From Camelus dromedarius (lineage: Eukaryota), in assembly GCF_036321535.1 (NCBI RefSeq), contig NC_087446.1, positions 28,768,001-28,832,000 on the forward strand: a stretch of 64,000 bases of DNA, given 5' to 3'. Under the pieces are notes generated by a model. That model saw only the letters and a list, made by a program, of their open reading frames with translations. It did no database searches and was not told the DNA's origin. A program made the translations under genes and the position numbers. Below are positions 36,522 to 49,520 of this stretch, piece after piece (the first letter of the stretch is position 1; each line of letters begins with the position of its first letter).

Positions 36522-36669
36522 TGGTGGTTCTTAACCAGGGGTCCATTGATGAAATTCTGAGGATCTCTGAAGCTCTAATGTTCTATTTGTGAATTTTTCT
36601 TAGGAGAAAGATCCTACTATTCACATAATTCTCAGAGATGTGTGACTCCCAAAGGGTTGAAAACCACTG
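36522..36669. mobile_element. Short hAT-Charlie-type MITE
   Basis: Inverted termini tggtggttcttaacc ... ggttgaaaaccactg; subfamily not assigned. Confidence 0.65.
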
Positions 36670-37046
36670 TTTTCACATGGAAGAAAAAATAACCTGAGAA
36701 TTTTGAGAGACACGACAACCAACCAAGAGAATGGAAAACTGGAATGACTGGGAAGAGGAGAGGGTGGGAGGTATATTTCTATGTTCATGTGAGTAAATGT
36801 TCATGAAATGATTGTTTCCAAAATGAATGTGAGAGGAAATGGAAAGCTCACCAAACTTTTGACATCACCAGCTGTGTTCCTTTCTTCTTCCTCCCACACT
36901 GCACAGCCCAGCCCTGCCACCTGGTCCCCCTACCAACGTGGCATTTGGCCTCTGCCTTCCATTCTTGACACTTTCAGAACAGTGGTCTCAAACATGAAGG
37001 TATTGCATTCATAAGGCTGCAGAAGCTCATATGTTTTAAAGACACA

Positions 37047-37050
<4 letters not shown>

Positions 37051-37078
<28 letters not shown>
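37051..37078 (+). repeat. (CA)14 microsatellite
   Basis: Perfect dinucleotide run. Confidence 0.95.
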
Positions 37079-37080
<2 letters not shown>

Positions 37081-38124
37081 CAGATACATGGCCTTTTGTA
37101 AAAGAGGCCATTACTGCACAAAAAAGTAAACTGAGGCCTATATAGAACCACTCTGAGATGGACTTTTTTTTTACAGTACATTTTTAATGGTACAGTTTAT
37201 CACCACCATCACCCACCAAAAGAAGAAAATGTATTACCAGCAAAATGCAGTGGGACTCTACCCCAAAGAAAGAGTGTGGGGCCAGTCTTCTGGAAATCTT
37301 TACTCACGTTTACCTATGTTTACTGTGTTAAATGCCAAATTCTACAACTGAGTCAACACGCTCTGATCTCTCACTGGGTCTTTTTAATCATTTTCTCTTA
37401 CATAAATCGTTTGGGTTTCCAAATCTCTGCTGTTCCATTATAAATACAGCTCATTCACATTTTGTTAAAACACTCCATGTTACTTCTTGGATTCCAATTA
37501 CCCAACAGAAGGTGCATTGAATTTGCCTGGGAAATAAGGACAATGTCTGTTTGTAAAAATTTATGGCATTCCCTCCCTCCCCTCAGAGTGTTTTAGACAT
37601 CTAAGAACGTCAAACCCTGGGGGAAAATATAAACAAGCTGTTTGGAATATACACACAATTACATATCCTATTTGTAAAAAATACTGCCACCATCTTGCCA
37701 GGCAGTGCAAAAAGAAAACATTTATTCCCATGTAACTCACACAAACATTTTTTTCTTCATCCTCACCAATGTCTAAATGACTTAAATGATAAATACATCA
37801 TTTGGTGGAAGCAAACCACAGTTGCAATTGTTAAGAGTTCGTGTGTAAACCAGTGACATTGTATCCTACTTTTATTGATAAGGCAGTAAATATTAGACGA
37901 ATCAATAAGCCTCACAGAAAATAACCACACGAAAATTGTAAGAATAGCAGAACAAGAGAGTATTTTCAAACAATCCTTCCTGGTGGTTGGAAAATGCATT
38001 TAATTCCCCAGAAGGCAAGAGACGTCGTCATATATACATAGGCATCTGTATATACACATACACAAATATATCTCACATGGGACCTTGCACCTGTAAGCAC
38101 CTCAAAGGTTGAGTAAAATTGATT

Positions 38125-38335
38125 ACATAGTGGGCCCAGAGGAAAGAATTTAGAATTTGGGATTAAACCGATATGGGCTAGAATTCTGTATTTGCTGTTT
38201 AATTTGGGACAAAAGACGTTAACTCTCTGAGCCTTGATCGCTTTCCTCAAGAATAAATGAGGAATATAATGCCTTTCCTGTAAGACTGTTCAGAAGACTG
38301 GCACATGGCAGGGACTGGAGAAATGATATCCGTTA
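38125..38335 (+). mobile_element. MIR SINE
   Basis: gttaactctctgagcctt...tttcctca...aatgaggaatataatg...gactggcacatggcagg. Confidence 0.6.
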
Positions 38336-39689
38336 GCATCAATCATGTAATTGCTTAATTCATTCACCAGGTGCTGAGTTCCAACTCTCTCCCCTGCACT
38401 GTGCCTTCATGGGACCCTAGACATCCCTTGATCTTACTGCACCAGGTAGACATTTCAACTCACATATTTTTTTCTATTGCTCAATTTAATTTACATTTTA
38501 AACCCTCATTCTGCCTGTTGGTTAATACCCAATCTCAGGCAAATCAAGGTCCTTTGTTCATCTTTTCTGTGGGGTTATGTCCTGATTTAGAAGGTAATAG
38601 AAAGGAAAGGTGTAAGTTTTCCTTTAATCTGATGAATCCTAGTATCCTAATAATGTAATGAGTACTATTATAGTGGGATAATGATATTTTGAAATAGTAA
38701 CATCACCTCTTCCCTAGAACCCCTGGCTTTTGCCCCATTTTAGCATCGTGGGATTTTATGCCAAAAGGCTGTTATAGCAAAAAGTGGAGCAAAAGTTTTT
38801 GAGTTTCAGAAGCCTAGGCCTGAGGACATAGAGGGGTTATAGACACAGAGACAGGATGGGGTTAGAGCTAGACTTCGCACATGCCTCCTCCCCCCGCCAC
38901 CCATCTCACAGCTGCTGAACAACATTTCCTCAGAGTGTGGGGAGGAAGAGAGTCAAGAAACACAGGGGAATGTACACGCAGCCCAGGCTGCAGGGAAAGA
39001 CCGAGTGACCAGGCGGGCTCCCAAGTGGGACTAAGAGCTCCAGATGGAGGAATGTGTGCCTCAGTCTCTCCCAGGGCCTACGAGGTGCATTTGGACCCCA
39101 CAGAAGAAACACCAGCACCTGTATCCAGGAGAGCCTCACTGAGTTAACAGAATGGTCTCACGTTTCTGAGACAGAAAGAGACAGGCCTTGGCACCCTAAA
39201 CTTTCCCATTGCCCAGCACAGCCCGGAACATATATATGTCTGTGTGCCCAGGAAGGACAGCAAAGCTGGGGATTTTGCTAAACCTGAAGGGCCTTCAAAG
39301 ATGGGGATGAGAGTGATATTATAGCTGCCTGTCTGGACTGACAACCAAAGGAACGGCGAAGACAATGGGCATCAAGTGGAGGGCAGCAAGAATAGGCAAT
39401 GGCCAAACCTCCTGCCCCGAGCCAAGGGCTTTGGATTTGTCTGAGCCATGTAAATAAGTCTCATGGCTCGAGACAGAATCCCAAAGAGCACCTGCTTTAC
39501 CTAAGCTGAGGTATCCAACAAGAGGCAGAGTGAGGGTTCAAAATATCAATTAAGTGTATTTAATTTATAGAATTATAATGGTCAATAGAAAAAAACTATG
39601 TGAGCTGAAATGTGTACCTACTGCATTAACATCAGGCATGTCCAACATCCCATGATTCCAAAGAGAAGAGCCTAGAGGACTCAGACTAG

Positions 39690-40110
39690 GGCAGCTGGAC
39701 TTGAGAACTGAGGATGAAAAGGAGTTCCACCAGGGATCAGGAGTTCTCTGGACAGAGGGAAAGTCTGTCCTGAGGCACAGAGGTAGGAATGGTGAACTGG
39801 GTGGGAGGGCTAGTAAGTGGTTCAGTGTGGCTGGTCTGAGGGGACAGGTCGGGGAGTAGTAAGCGGCCCAGCTGGAAAGGAAAACCAGGGTTCAACCATG
39901 AAGACTATTATTCAGAATGCTCCTGTACTTTAGAAAGAACATTCTGGAAGTTGTGAATAGAAGTGATTTGGAAGGGAGGGTGAGAGGCCTAAACTTAGAG
40001 ACCACAAGTCCAAACTAGCTGAGACAGAAAATGAAAAGAGAAGAGCCTACAGGAGAAAATACATGAGAAGGAAGCTAAAGGAGACACTCCAACACCTAGG
40101 AGGAATAAAT
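39690..40110 (-). mobile_element. L2 fragment
   Basis: Purine-rich L2 body: gaggatgaaaaggagtt...cagagggaaag...gttcagtgtggctgg...tagaaagaacattctgg. Confidence 0.6.
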
Positions 40111-40409
40111 ACCAAAGACGATGCAGACGTTGATTTAAGCGATGTTTAGTTCACCACTAGGAATCCTAGTTGTATATCTAATTTTGGTTTTATTTCTCTT
40201 CTGGATTTTAACAGTCACAGAGTGGGATGCAATCACCCGAATTAAGAGTGTGGTTCAGTCTGCTGTGCTAGCTCTCACTAGCCAAGAACATACGGTACAC
40301 TAAGAACACGTGGTACAAACATGTATGCACATGGTCTGACCGTGGATTTTTATAGACCCTTTATTTTTAGAAAATATTTTAGAGATAAATAAAATTGTAA
40401 TGGAACAAC

Positions 40410-40670
40410 TGCACAGCTATGAATAAAAGACAGTTCTGGAGTTATGCTGTTCTTGAATCTGATGACTGGCTAGTCTACTTAGCAGCTGTGTGCCACTGAA
40501 CAAGTTACCCGGTTTCTCTAAGCCTAAGTTTCCTCATCTGTAAAGCAGGAAAGAAATGGAACTACCTCTTGAGGTTCTCATCAGGATTAAATTAGTATAA
40601 TATAGTATAATACAATCAGTATAATACAGTGCCTGGCATATACTAAGTGCTACTACTGGCTATTATTCTT
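40410..40670 (+). mobile_element. MIR SINE
   Basis: cttagcagctgtgtgccactgaacaagttacc...agtttcctcatctgtaaa...acagtgcctggcatatactaagtgct. Confidence 0.85.
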
Positions 40671-41261
40671 TTGAGGACTTAGAGAATCCATGTAAAACTT
40701 AGTCTTCTGCCTGACACAATGGGTGCCATCATTGTAGGCTGGCCATTCCCATAATTATTAACAGAAGTCACTCAATATACTGGTCTCCTTGTCCAGACCG
40801 CATGGGGCAGCAATGGTAGCAGCGGGGAGGTGGACTCTTGCTGCTACAGCAGCTGTGCTGGTAAACACAGCTTCATCTGCTATTCAGCTGTCCTCCCACA
40901 TAAGGCTGGACTTGATACTGCCCAACTCTGATAAGGGGGGCAATTATCTCCCAAGAAAGCTTTTTAGAAACTCAGAACAAGAAACATCCCTCTCCCTTCT
41001 TTCTTATTCTTGTTGGAAGAACAGACACAGGCATAGGGCAAGGCTGGGGAAGCTAACTTGCTAACTGAATCACTCTAACAGGCCAACACTGCACAGTCCT
41101 GTAGGGAAGTTGGCAGTCTCCTTGTGGCCTCTGGAGCCAGCCTTGCCACCGTGGTTGCTTTCCTCTCCCTTCTATGGAGCTCAGTGTTAGTCTTCCCAGG
41201 ATATGGTGATGACATCCTTTATCATGTCAAAGAATTTCCACAAGCAGGCACTACACAACTT

Positions 41262-42378
41262 GTATTTTTTAATAGACTATATTTTTAGAGCAATTTTAGG
41301 GCCACAGCAAATTGAGTGCAAAGTACAAAGATTTCCCACATACTCCCTGTCCCCACACAGACAGGCACAGCCTCCTCCACTATAATCTCCCACTGAGTGG
41401 TACGTAAATGTGTTACAATCCACAAACATACATATCATTATCACCCAAGGCTCACAGTTTACATTAGGGTTCCCTCTTTGTGGTGTACATTCTGTGGACC
41501 TGGACAAATGCATAACAACCTGTATCCCCCATTCTATCATACAGAATAGTTTCACTGCCCGCCCCCCAAATCCTTGGTGCTCTGCCTATTCATCGCTCCC
41601 TCCCCTCTGNNNNNNNNNNNNNNNNNNNNNNNNNNNNNNNNNNNNNNNNNNNNNNNNNNNNNNNNNNNNNNNNNNNNNNNNNNNNNNNNNNNNNNNNNNN
41701 NNNNNNNNNNNNNNNNNNNNNNNNNNNNNNNNNNNNNNNNNNNNNNNNNNNNNNNNNNNNNNNNNNNNNNNNNNNNNNNNNATAATATTCCAATGTCTGG
41801 ACATACTACAGGTTACTTATCCAGACGTCCTGAAGGACATCTTGATCATTTCCAAGTTTTGGTAATTATGAATAAAGCTTCTATAAACATTTGTGTGCAG
41901 GCCTTTCTGTAGACATGATTTTTCAGCTCATTTGGGTAGATACTGAGGAGCACAATCACTAGATCATACGTTTAGTTTAGTTTTGTAAAAAACTGCCAAC
42001 TGTCTCCCAAAGTGACAACCATTTTGCACTCCCAGCAGTAATGAATGAGAGTTCCTGTTGCTTCACCAGCATTTGACGTTGTCAGTGTTCAAGATTTTGG
42101 CCATTCTAATAAGTATGTAGTGATAATCTCATTATTGTTTTGATTTTCATTTCCCTAATGACATATGATGCTGGGCATCTTTTCAGATGCTTATTTACCA
42201 TCTATATATCTTCTTTGGTGATGTGCCTATCTGAATTTTTGCTAATTTTTTAATCAGATTTTAAAATTTTCTTATTGTTGAGTTTTAAGAGTTATTTGCA
42301 TATGTCAAATAACAGTCCTTTATCAGATATGACTTTGGCAAATACTTTCTCTCACTCTGTGGCTTGTCTTCTCATCTT
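41262..42378 (-). mobile_element. L1MB (L1MB3-like) 3' UTR and ORF2 end, spanning a gap
   Basis: ttttttaatagactatatttttagagcaattttagg...cattatcacccaaggctcacagtttacattagggtt...; after the gap ttttggtaattatgaataaagct...ccattctaataagtatgtagtg...ctttatcagatatg. Confidence 0.9.
41610..41781. other. Assembly gap (172 N)
   Basis: Run of N. Confidence 1.
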
Positions 42379-42943
42379 TTGATAAAACTTACATTTTCAT
42401 CTCTATTGTAAATATCTTTCTTTCTTTGCAGCAAGTCTATTGCTATTGCTTTTTCTATAAGCCATGAAAAGAACACAAAAAAATGACAGAAAAAGAGACC
42501 ACAGTGAAAGAAACAACACACACTGCAGAGGCACATTCCACTCAGAAAATACAGAATAGTTGCCACTGGTCAAACATGTACAGTATAGTTTGCTGGGTCA
42601 GCTCTTATTAGCTGAGAGCACTTGGTAACACTCAGAGTGTGGAAACAATATATGATCACAGTGTACTGTAATAGATGATTATATATATTTTAATGTTAGG
42701 AAAGTATTTCAAAGACAAATATCATTCTGATGAGTCAACCATGTAAAAACCACAATAAGGAGAATATTTTGGATGGGTGGGGAGGGAGTTTCAGGGACCC
42801 CACTTCCTCCTGAAGTACGACCCTTCCAACCTGAAAAAAAGGCTGACTGGAATAAAGCAAATAGTCTTCATGGGAACCTGAAGACCTCCTGAGACTGGAT
42901 AGGAATTTATCTTGTTTTGGTGAAGGAAGCCAAGAGTGCATAA

Positions 42944-43063
42944 ATCTCTGAATCTGTCATAGAAGAAGAAGGATATTCTGCGTCTGATACAGTCTTTGAG
43001 TACTGTGCTGATGAGCGTGGAAATTTCCAAGAGACTATTCACAGAGGCAGGTCTTGGGTTACC
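42944..43063 (+). mobile_element. Possible pogo/Tigger transposase relic
   Basis: Translates to ISESVIEEEGYSASDTVFEYCADERGNFQETIHR, resembling the Tigger/TIGD motif IIEEEGYxxxQVFNADETGLFW; bounded by stops, no TIRs seen. Confidence 0.3.
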
Positions 43064-44149
43064 TAAGTGCATTGTTTCTGACACATGGAAATTGTACACA
43101 AAGGTATTTTAGGTGTTGCCTAAATCACGCAGAAAGCTTGAGGGAGGTATTTGTCTCTATCTTGCAATGCCAAGTTTGAGACACACATGTGTATGAATTT
43201 CATATAAAATGCTGAGCTCTGATATTGCACATAAGCAAAACATTTATGGAGGTCTCTTCTTGTTGGAAATATCAGTTGTTAGGAGAGTCGAGGGCTCAAG
43301 ACGCCACGTGTGGGAGGGGTCATTTCCTTCAGACATTCTCCGTCCAGTCCAGCACCAAGGAAGGGCTGTGCAATCCCAAAAATCCAGGAAATAAATCACA
43401 AGGGTCTTCTCTCTTTAGGAGATCCTACTTCCACACTATCATAATATCGCAAAGTGTGCACAAACCTTCCACTCTCAAGTTTCAAATATAGAAAGCTGTG
43501 TTAAATATGCTCCTCGGGCTATCCTTTCAACAGAGTCCCCCAAACTCCAGGCTGGAAACTGACCCAGCAGAGAATCCTGATACACATCCTTTCTTCGTCC
43601 CTTTCTTCCAATAGCTCATCAAGTAGAGGAAATAATACATCAGAGTACCAAGGCATCTGGGATTGATCACACCAGCTTTTAAGAAACTTGCATTTTAATC
43701 CTATACTCAAAAATCCAGGCCGGCCCGAATGCCAAATTTCAACAGTCAGAATAAAAGGCTAAACTCTCTGCTTTTACTTTCCTTCCATAAATTATATGTG
43801 TAATAACATAATATGATTTTTTTACTTTAAGATTTTAAGAAATACACTTAGAGAGTATAAATTAGAGTGTGACAAAATTCATGGGTCCAACCTCTTAATT
43901 TTTGAGAAAGAGAAACTAGATTGAATAGAGATGAAGCGACTTTCCCCAGGAAGTCTGTGATAGTTTGTGCTCTAACAAGGATATTATTTAAGCTGAAAGA
44001 CACACTAAAATGGACTCTTGCTGCTTTTTGCTATTTAAAATCTATTCACCCTTCTCTTGGTTTCCCAATTTTCCTTAGGGAAACACCCCTACTACCCCCT
44101 AAAACAGCAGACATAAACATACCGTCACAGTCTTTCTAGTGTAGCAAGT

Positions 44150-44560
44150 AACAAGCATAAAACAATCAGCCCACAGCATTTGCTCTGACCACAATACTTG
44201 GTTCAGAAATCGGCAATGACTCAAAGAGAGCAAAAGACAAAATGAGATTTTTGCTGGCAGTGCTGAGACAAAGGCCTTTCCTCTTCCCATAGAGTGGAAG
44301 TACAGGATGTAAGAATGAGAGACACCGTGGCCATCCTTCAGCCGTAAAAGGCCAATCTATGTAAGAATGAAACCAACACATAGAGGAGAACAGAAAAGAG
44401 AATATGTTTTCTTAATCTTTTTATCAAGCCATGCCTGAAGCCAGCCTAGCCCTTGAGTTTTCAAATACATAGAGACAACAAATTCTTTTCCTAACCTAGT
44501 TTCAGAAGTCATCTTTGAACTTTGTATTCTTCTGCCTGAAACACCCTTCCTCCAGATAAC
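44150..44560 (+). mobile_element. Old MLT1 (I/J/K-like) MaLR LTR
   Basis: agaatgaaaccaacacatagagg...atcaagccatgcctgaagccagcctagcccttgagttttc...acaaattctttt. Confidence 0.7.
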
Positions 44561-44574
44561 CACAGAGTTAGCTC

Positions 44575-44892
44575 TATCCCTTCCCTCAGAGCTTTACTTA
44601 AATAGCACCTTCTCAATGGAACATTTCTTGCTGACCATATTTAAAATTTGCAACCGTTACCTTCTTCAACATCTTCTATTCTCCTTCCTCCCCCACTATA
44701 GCACATATCAGCATCTAACACTTTATAGATTTTATTTACTTTATTTACTTCCCTTCATCATTTTTCCACGAGAACGTCAGCTCAAGGAAGGCACAGATCT
44801 TTGCTGTGTTCACTACTGTGTTCCCAGGGCTCTGGGAGGATCCCTGGTACAGAATAGGCACTCAATAAAAATTGGTGGAATTAATTAATTAA
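44575..44892 (+). mobile_element. L2a 3' end
   Basis: gagaacgtcagctcaaggaaggcacagatctttg...tgttcactactgtgttcccagg...aataggcactcaataaaaattggtggaatt. Confidence 0.85.
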
Positions 44893-46444
44893 TTCACCAT
44901 ATTTAACGTATTGGCCATAAATAATTTTCATGTTAAGCATTTAGCTGCTAGTCATGATGGGGATAGGAAATGACCACCCTGGCAAACACAGACAAGTTAT
45001 AAAAGTCTCAGAACCTGACAATGACCTCATGGTCTTTCTATCTGATCTGTAGACTCTGACTCCCTGCGGAGCAGGTTACCTGAAGTCCCAAAGACCACAG
45101 CATTTTCTTCTAGAGCACTGAAATTTGACTTCTCCCTCTTCTGGCCCTTATCTTTCAGGAAAGTCCATTCTTTATCAAAAAAAAAAAAAAATTAAGAAAC
45201 ACACTAGGTGCTATGTTATCAAAATTGAGGAATTTGCATCTCTGAGCACCCACAGAGATCAGAATAATACCTTTTCTGACTCTCGGAAGAATATCTCTTA
45301 GGAGTTTTCTCACAAGAGCAAGAAAGATAAACGAGTATATTTTCTGTTATTAAAACCTACACCCACACATCCTACCTTTCTAACAGCTAAGAAAAAACCC
45401 ACAACGCAGCCCTGCAAGATGCCACTAGTATCTACTTCCTTGGAAGCTCCGGGATGAAGTATAACTTTTCTTGTCCCTTCCCATGTTATTTACTGTGGCT
45501 TCATGTTAACACATAAGCCCCAGGAAATTCTCCAAACTCTATGGCAATCCAAAACCAATTGTGTTATATCACTTTTTGAACACTTTTTGATGGTTTTTTG
45601 AAATATACCATCTCTTAGTCCAAATGAAATAGCTGGCAAAATCAGGCTGAAGGACAACTCATTTTGTTGTGAGGAGAATTCAGAGCAATAAACTCGCAGC
45701 CTTGGTAAAACTCAAGCACTACCTTTCCTTTGCAAAAGCAGATTTAAGTAGACAAAGGCCAAGTTTTTCCATGAGGGTTTAGGTACTCAGCTAGGGTGCA
45801 GTTCACAGGATAAACATGGATTTGTTAATCTTTATTTCCTACCATTTCCTGATTATCATTATCCACCAGAATTTATTAACAAGATTATCAAGTTAGGTAT
45901 AAAAAAGAAAACCAAATAAGAAAGTAAGAGGCTGTCATTAACCCACCAGCATCAGGGCAAGGGTTTCTACTTATAGGTATGGATTCCCACTGAACTCATC
46001 ACACATTCTATCCCCGTCTCTTTAATTAACATCCTCACACATTTATGAATTGACTGGCTAAGACCGAGGAATAATTTGGAGGACAGTGGTTCAGATGGGC
46101 TTCTGATCCTAACCTTGATATCATTAGAAGCATGATATAATACTCCAAACATTTCAAATTTAACCAACATTTCAACTTTTGCAAACCTTTATTACTCACT
46201 TCCATGAACAAAGCCTTGTGTTAAGCTCATCCTTAACCACAAACCCGATCATCCTCCTGGCTTCCTAGAGGGACCTGTGGTGAGGATAAGGCAGATAACT
46301 ACTCTCTAGGAATTACCAGCTACTGGAGAAGAGATAAGTGTGTTGGGGTTAGAGAAAAAGAGAGAGAGAGTTCAAAATGGGGGCTCTCAGACAGCTCCTG
46401 AAAGGAGATGGGGTAAGGCGCATGGCTGAGACTTATACAGACAT

Positions 46445-47640
46445 TGTTGCATTCATTCATTTAGTACTTAGTGTGTAGTCGTGTGCACACACTACAGGGG
46501 GTGTTACAGTGGTGAGCAGAGTGGTCCAGATCTCTTCACTTACACTTTAAAGTACAGTGAGGGAGATTGAGTTCTTAATCAAATAACCTCACAAATATAT
46601 ATATAATATTGTGTGCCTTTTAGTACAAGAGCTATGACAGTGTTTAACCTGACCTAGGATAAAGTGGGAAACAGGGAAGGCTCCCTGAGAGAAATCATGG
46701 AAGGGATTCCCTGTGAAGTCATTTTGGAGTGAGATCCAGAGAGTAAGTGACTGTTACACAACCAAGTGGGGCTGACAGATAAGCTGGGGAGGGCACAGCT
46801 GGCAGAGACTATAGTGGGACAGGTCATAGAGGGCAAGCAACTGAAAAAAGCCTGTGTGGCTACAGCACAGAGGGATGGAACAAAGATCAGTAGCAACGAT
46901 TATGGAGTTTGTCCAGGGAATGACAGTACACCACCCTGGCTAGAGAAAAATGTGCATGGCAGGATACAGAGTAAGTTGGAAATAATGATGGCGCCCTTCA
47001 CGTTCTGGAAGAATATGCAAAGCAGGTTAGAGCATTTGAATTGTATTCTATAGGCAACAAGAAATCATTATCGGCACATAGGGGTAGGTTCCACCTTTTT
47101 AAGGGCGATTGTTCTAGAAGCAATATTAAAACGAATTTTGGTGAGTGAGGGACGGGAAAGAAGGAAGAGATAATAACCAGGGGGAAAGTCTAATAGCCAA
47201 GTGAGAGGAAACAAGATCGTGAACTAGGGCACGGGAACCGTAAGAACTGAACGGGTGTGGAGACACTGTAAAGTCGAATCGACAAATTGTGTGGATGCGA
47301 AGGGGGGTGCGGGGGAGAGAGAGAAGCTCATCATTGACTGAAAAGGGCTGAGTCTAAACATTAGGAAGACACCAATATCAGAACTGGGGAATAAGAAGAA
47401 TCAGAGGCTTTGGGACGTCAGCTTGGTTTCGGATATGCCATAATGACATCTTGCGCAGACAAATGGCTAATTCCGATAAACTGGCATTTAAAGGTTGGGT
47501 TTGGAAATAAAAGAGCACAGGTCAGCCAACCAACAATATTTACTAGGTACCTACTGTGTACCAAGCACTGTTTTATACACTGAATAGAATTAGAAATTAG
47601 ACCTAATTTCTGCCTTCACAGAATAGGACTTGAATATGAA
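46445..47640 (-). mobile_element. L2 LINE fragments (long piece 46445-47520 plus a second tail 47520-47640)
   Basis: cattcattcatttagtacttag...cagggaaggctccctgag...agcatttgaattgtattctataggcaac...; second tail caatatttactaggtacctactgtgtaccaagcactg. Confidence 0.75.
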
Positions 47641-47699
47641 AGACTGTTTGCAAAAAAAATCCCCACAAAAACCCAAATGTCACATGATTAACCCCAAAA

Positions 47700-49427
47700 T
47701 AAACCATAAACAAATGATATATAAGTGAGACAAGAGTTCAAAGAATTGTCCATTGTCTAGTATCAAATTCACAAAGTACAGCATTGTGAAGGTTAAGGCT
47801 CTCCCCTTAGGAGAGACATTAGAATGCAAATTCAAATCACCAGCTATCATCAAAGGGGAGGTAGACTTTAAAAGCTCCTTGTGAATTTCATCCAAGAATT
47901 TAGAGGACACAGCAAAGGACAGGATAAGTAATAGATTCTCATTCTTTGAAAGAGAGAAACAAGACATAAGGAAATCCCACTAGCAAGGACATTTAAACAT
48001 CTTGGCCCTTCATCAACACTCAGAATATATATTGAATTTCAGGGAAAAAAATAAACCTTTGCCATTTTTACTTCCAAGTAGGTGCCAAAATTATCTCATA
48101 TGGAAGACCCTACGGCTCTCTGACCTTATCATTTTTGGAAATAAAAGGATAATGGAAAAAAATATACTAAAATTATCTTCAAAAGGAATGAATAACAAAG
48201 GATCATTAAGGGCTCAAAATAAGAAAACAAATCTGAAACTAAAAATCAATTAATTTGATTAATTTAAAAGCTAAAAACCAAACATATATACATATATATA
48301 TACACACATATATCTACATATATATCTCTATATACAGATACAGAGATATATATAAAGATTAGATGGCTAGATATAAATACATATAAAATTACGCCAAGAT
48401 ATTTTAAAAAAACTGTATAGGAGAATAAAGCTAAAATATCTATATTATGTAGCATGTTAGTGAGTTATTAAAAACACAGTCTATTTAAACTAGCTGATGC
48501 TAAAGTTCCTTAAAAGAGTAAATGTGAGAGAGCAGCTAAGAAAATGTTGGAAAATTATTCCAATAGCGGGGCAGAGGGAGCTTACTCAACTAGTTATCAA
48601 CACTATTTTAAATCTACAGTAATTAAAAACAGTGCAGATTAGGGAAGCAGATGGATGAAATAAAACAGAGTCCAGACATAAATCTAAGTATGGGAATTCC
48701 ATGAATGAAAAAGGTTCATTTCAAACCAGGTATAAGAAGCGATCAGTGTCTACATAAATGGTCTCAGAATAGTAAGAAACCCATTTCGAAAACTAAAGTT
48801 TGATCTCCATAGAAAAGGAGCATCTTGACACCATTGATTTAGCCCCAAGAACTTTTTCACTCTAGTCTTCTCAATTCAAACAATTTTTAAAAACCATAAT
48901 TGTACCAACACTGGATTTTTCTTGGAAAATTTTCTGGACTCAAACTATTTTTACTTTTCCTCGATAAATCTGCTATATAGCATGATTAAAACATTTCTCT
49001 AATTATCACCATTTCCATTTTTATCTTACCCAAAATTATTTCCATTGAGACCAAAAATTTATTTTTCACGTAAATGTTGTAACAATGTACAGCACATTGT
49101 TTTATCCTTATCAAATCTTATTAATTAAAACTTCTGCCACTCTTAGTTTTTCTCTATGATCATTGTTATTATCAATTTTTCCCAAGTCAAATACTGCAGA
49201 TATAAATTGTCAAGGAGATTTATTCTTCTGGAAGCAACCAGTTAGTAAGTTATTTTACCATGTGCACTTGTAACTGTCTGCTTTAATTTTTGTTGATTAC
49301 AAAATGGTGGCGTCAAAACATCCTACATCAGATTCCCACTTCACAATTTATACACAAATAAATTCCAGATGGATAAGAAATTGTACAATAAGCACAGATA
49401 ACAAAGGAAAACATAGCTGACTACTAT

Positions 49428-49458
<31 letters not shown>

Positions 49459-49520
49459 ATATAACCTTGGAGAAAAAAAAGGTTTTCTATGCATAAGTCA
49501 AAAATCTGAAGCCTTAAAGG
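47700..49520 (+). mobile_element. Old L1M ORF2 fragments, with an inverted L1 ORF2 piece at about 48815-49320
   Basis: Decayed post-RT ORF2 (cattgtgaagg...ctcccc; aatctacagtaattaaaaacagtg; ccagacataaatc; aaataaattccagatggat); the internal segment matches ORF2 on the minus strand. Confidence 0.65.

Noticed and set aside
40284-40317. Imperfect 16-bp tandem duplication (aagaacatacggtaca / aagaacacgtggtaca); also agtataata x3 inside the MIR near 40593-40630.
   Set aside because: Short degenerate slippage products with no sign of function; not a spaced array.
43519-43710. Protein-like minus-strand ORF (SDVLFPLLDELLEERDEERMCIRIL).
   Set aside because: No family recognised and only weak splice signals; a BLASTP search would be needed to revive it.
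47680-47967. Minus-strand ORF with KFLDEIHKELLKSTSPLMIAGDLNLHS, resembling an APE/EEP endonuclease GD(F/L)N motif, preceded by an acceptor-like tttctctctttcaaag.
   Set aside because: The plus strand aligns colinearly to decayed L1 ORF2 (the IVKMSILPK...NAIPIKIP...KLILKFIW region), so the motif is most likely a chance antisense reading.
48815-49320. Possible AT-rich processed pseudogene with a YY1-like caaaatggtggcg end.
   Set aside because: Stops are as frequent as in random AT-rich DNA, there is no polyA or TSD, and the sequence fits an inverted L1 ORF2 piece better.
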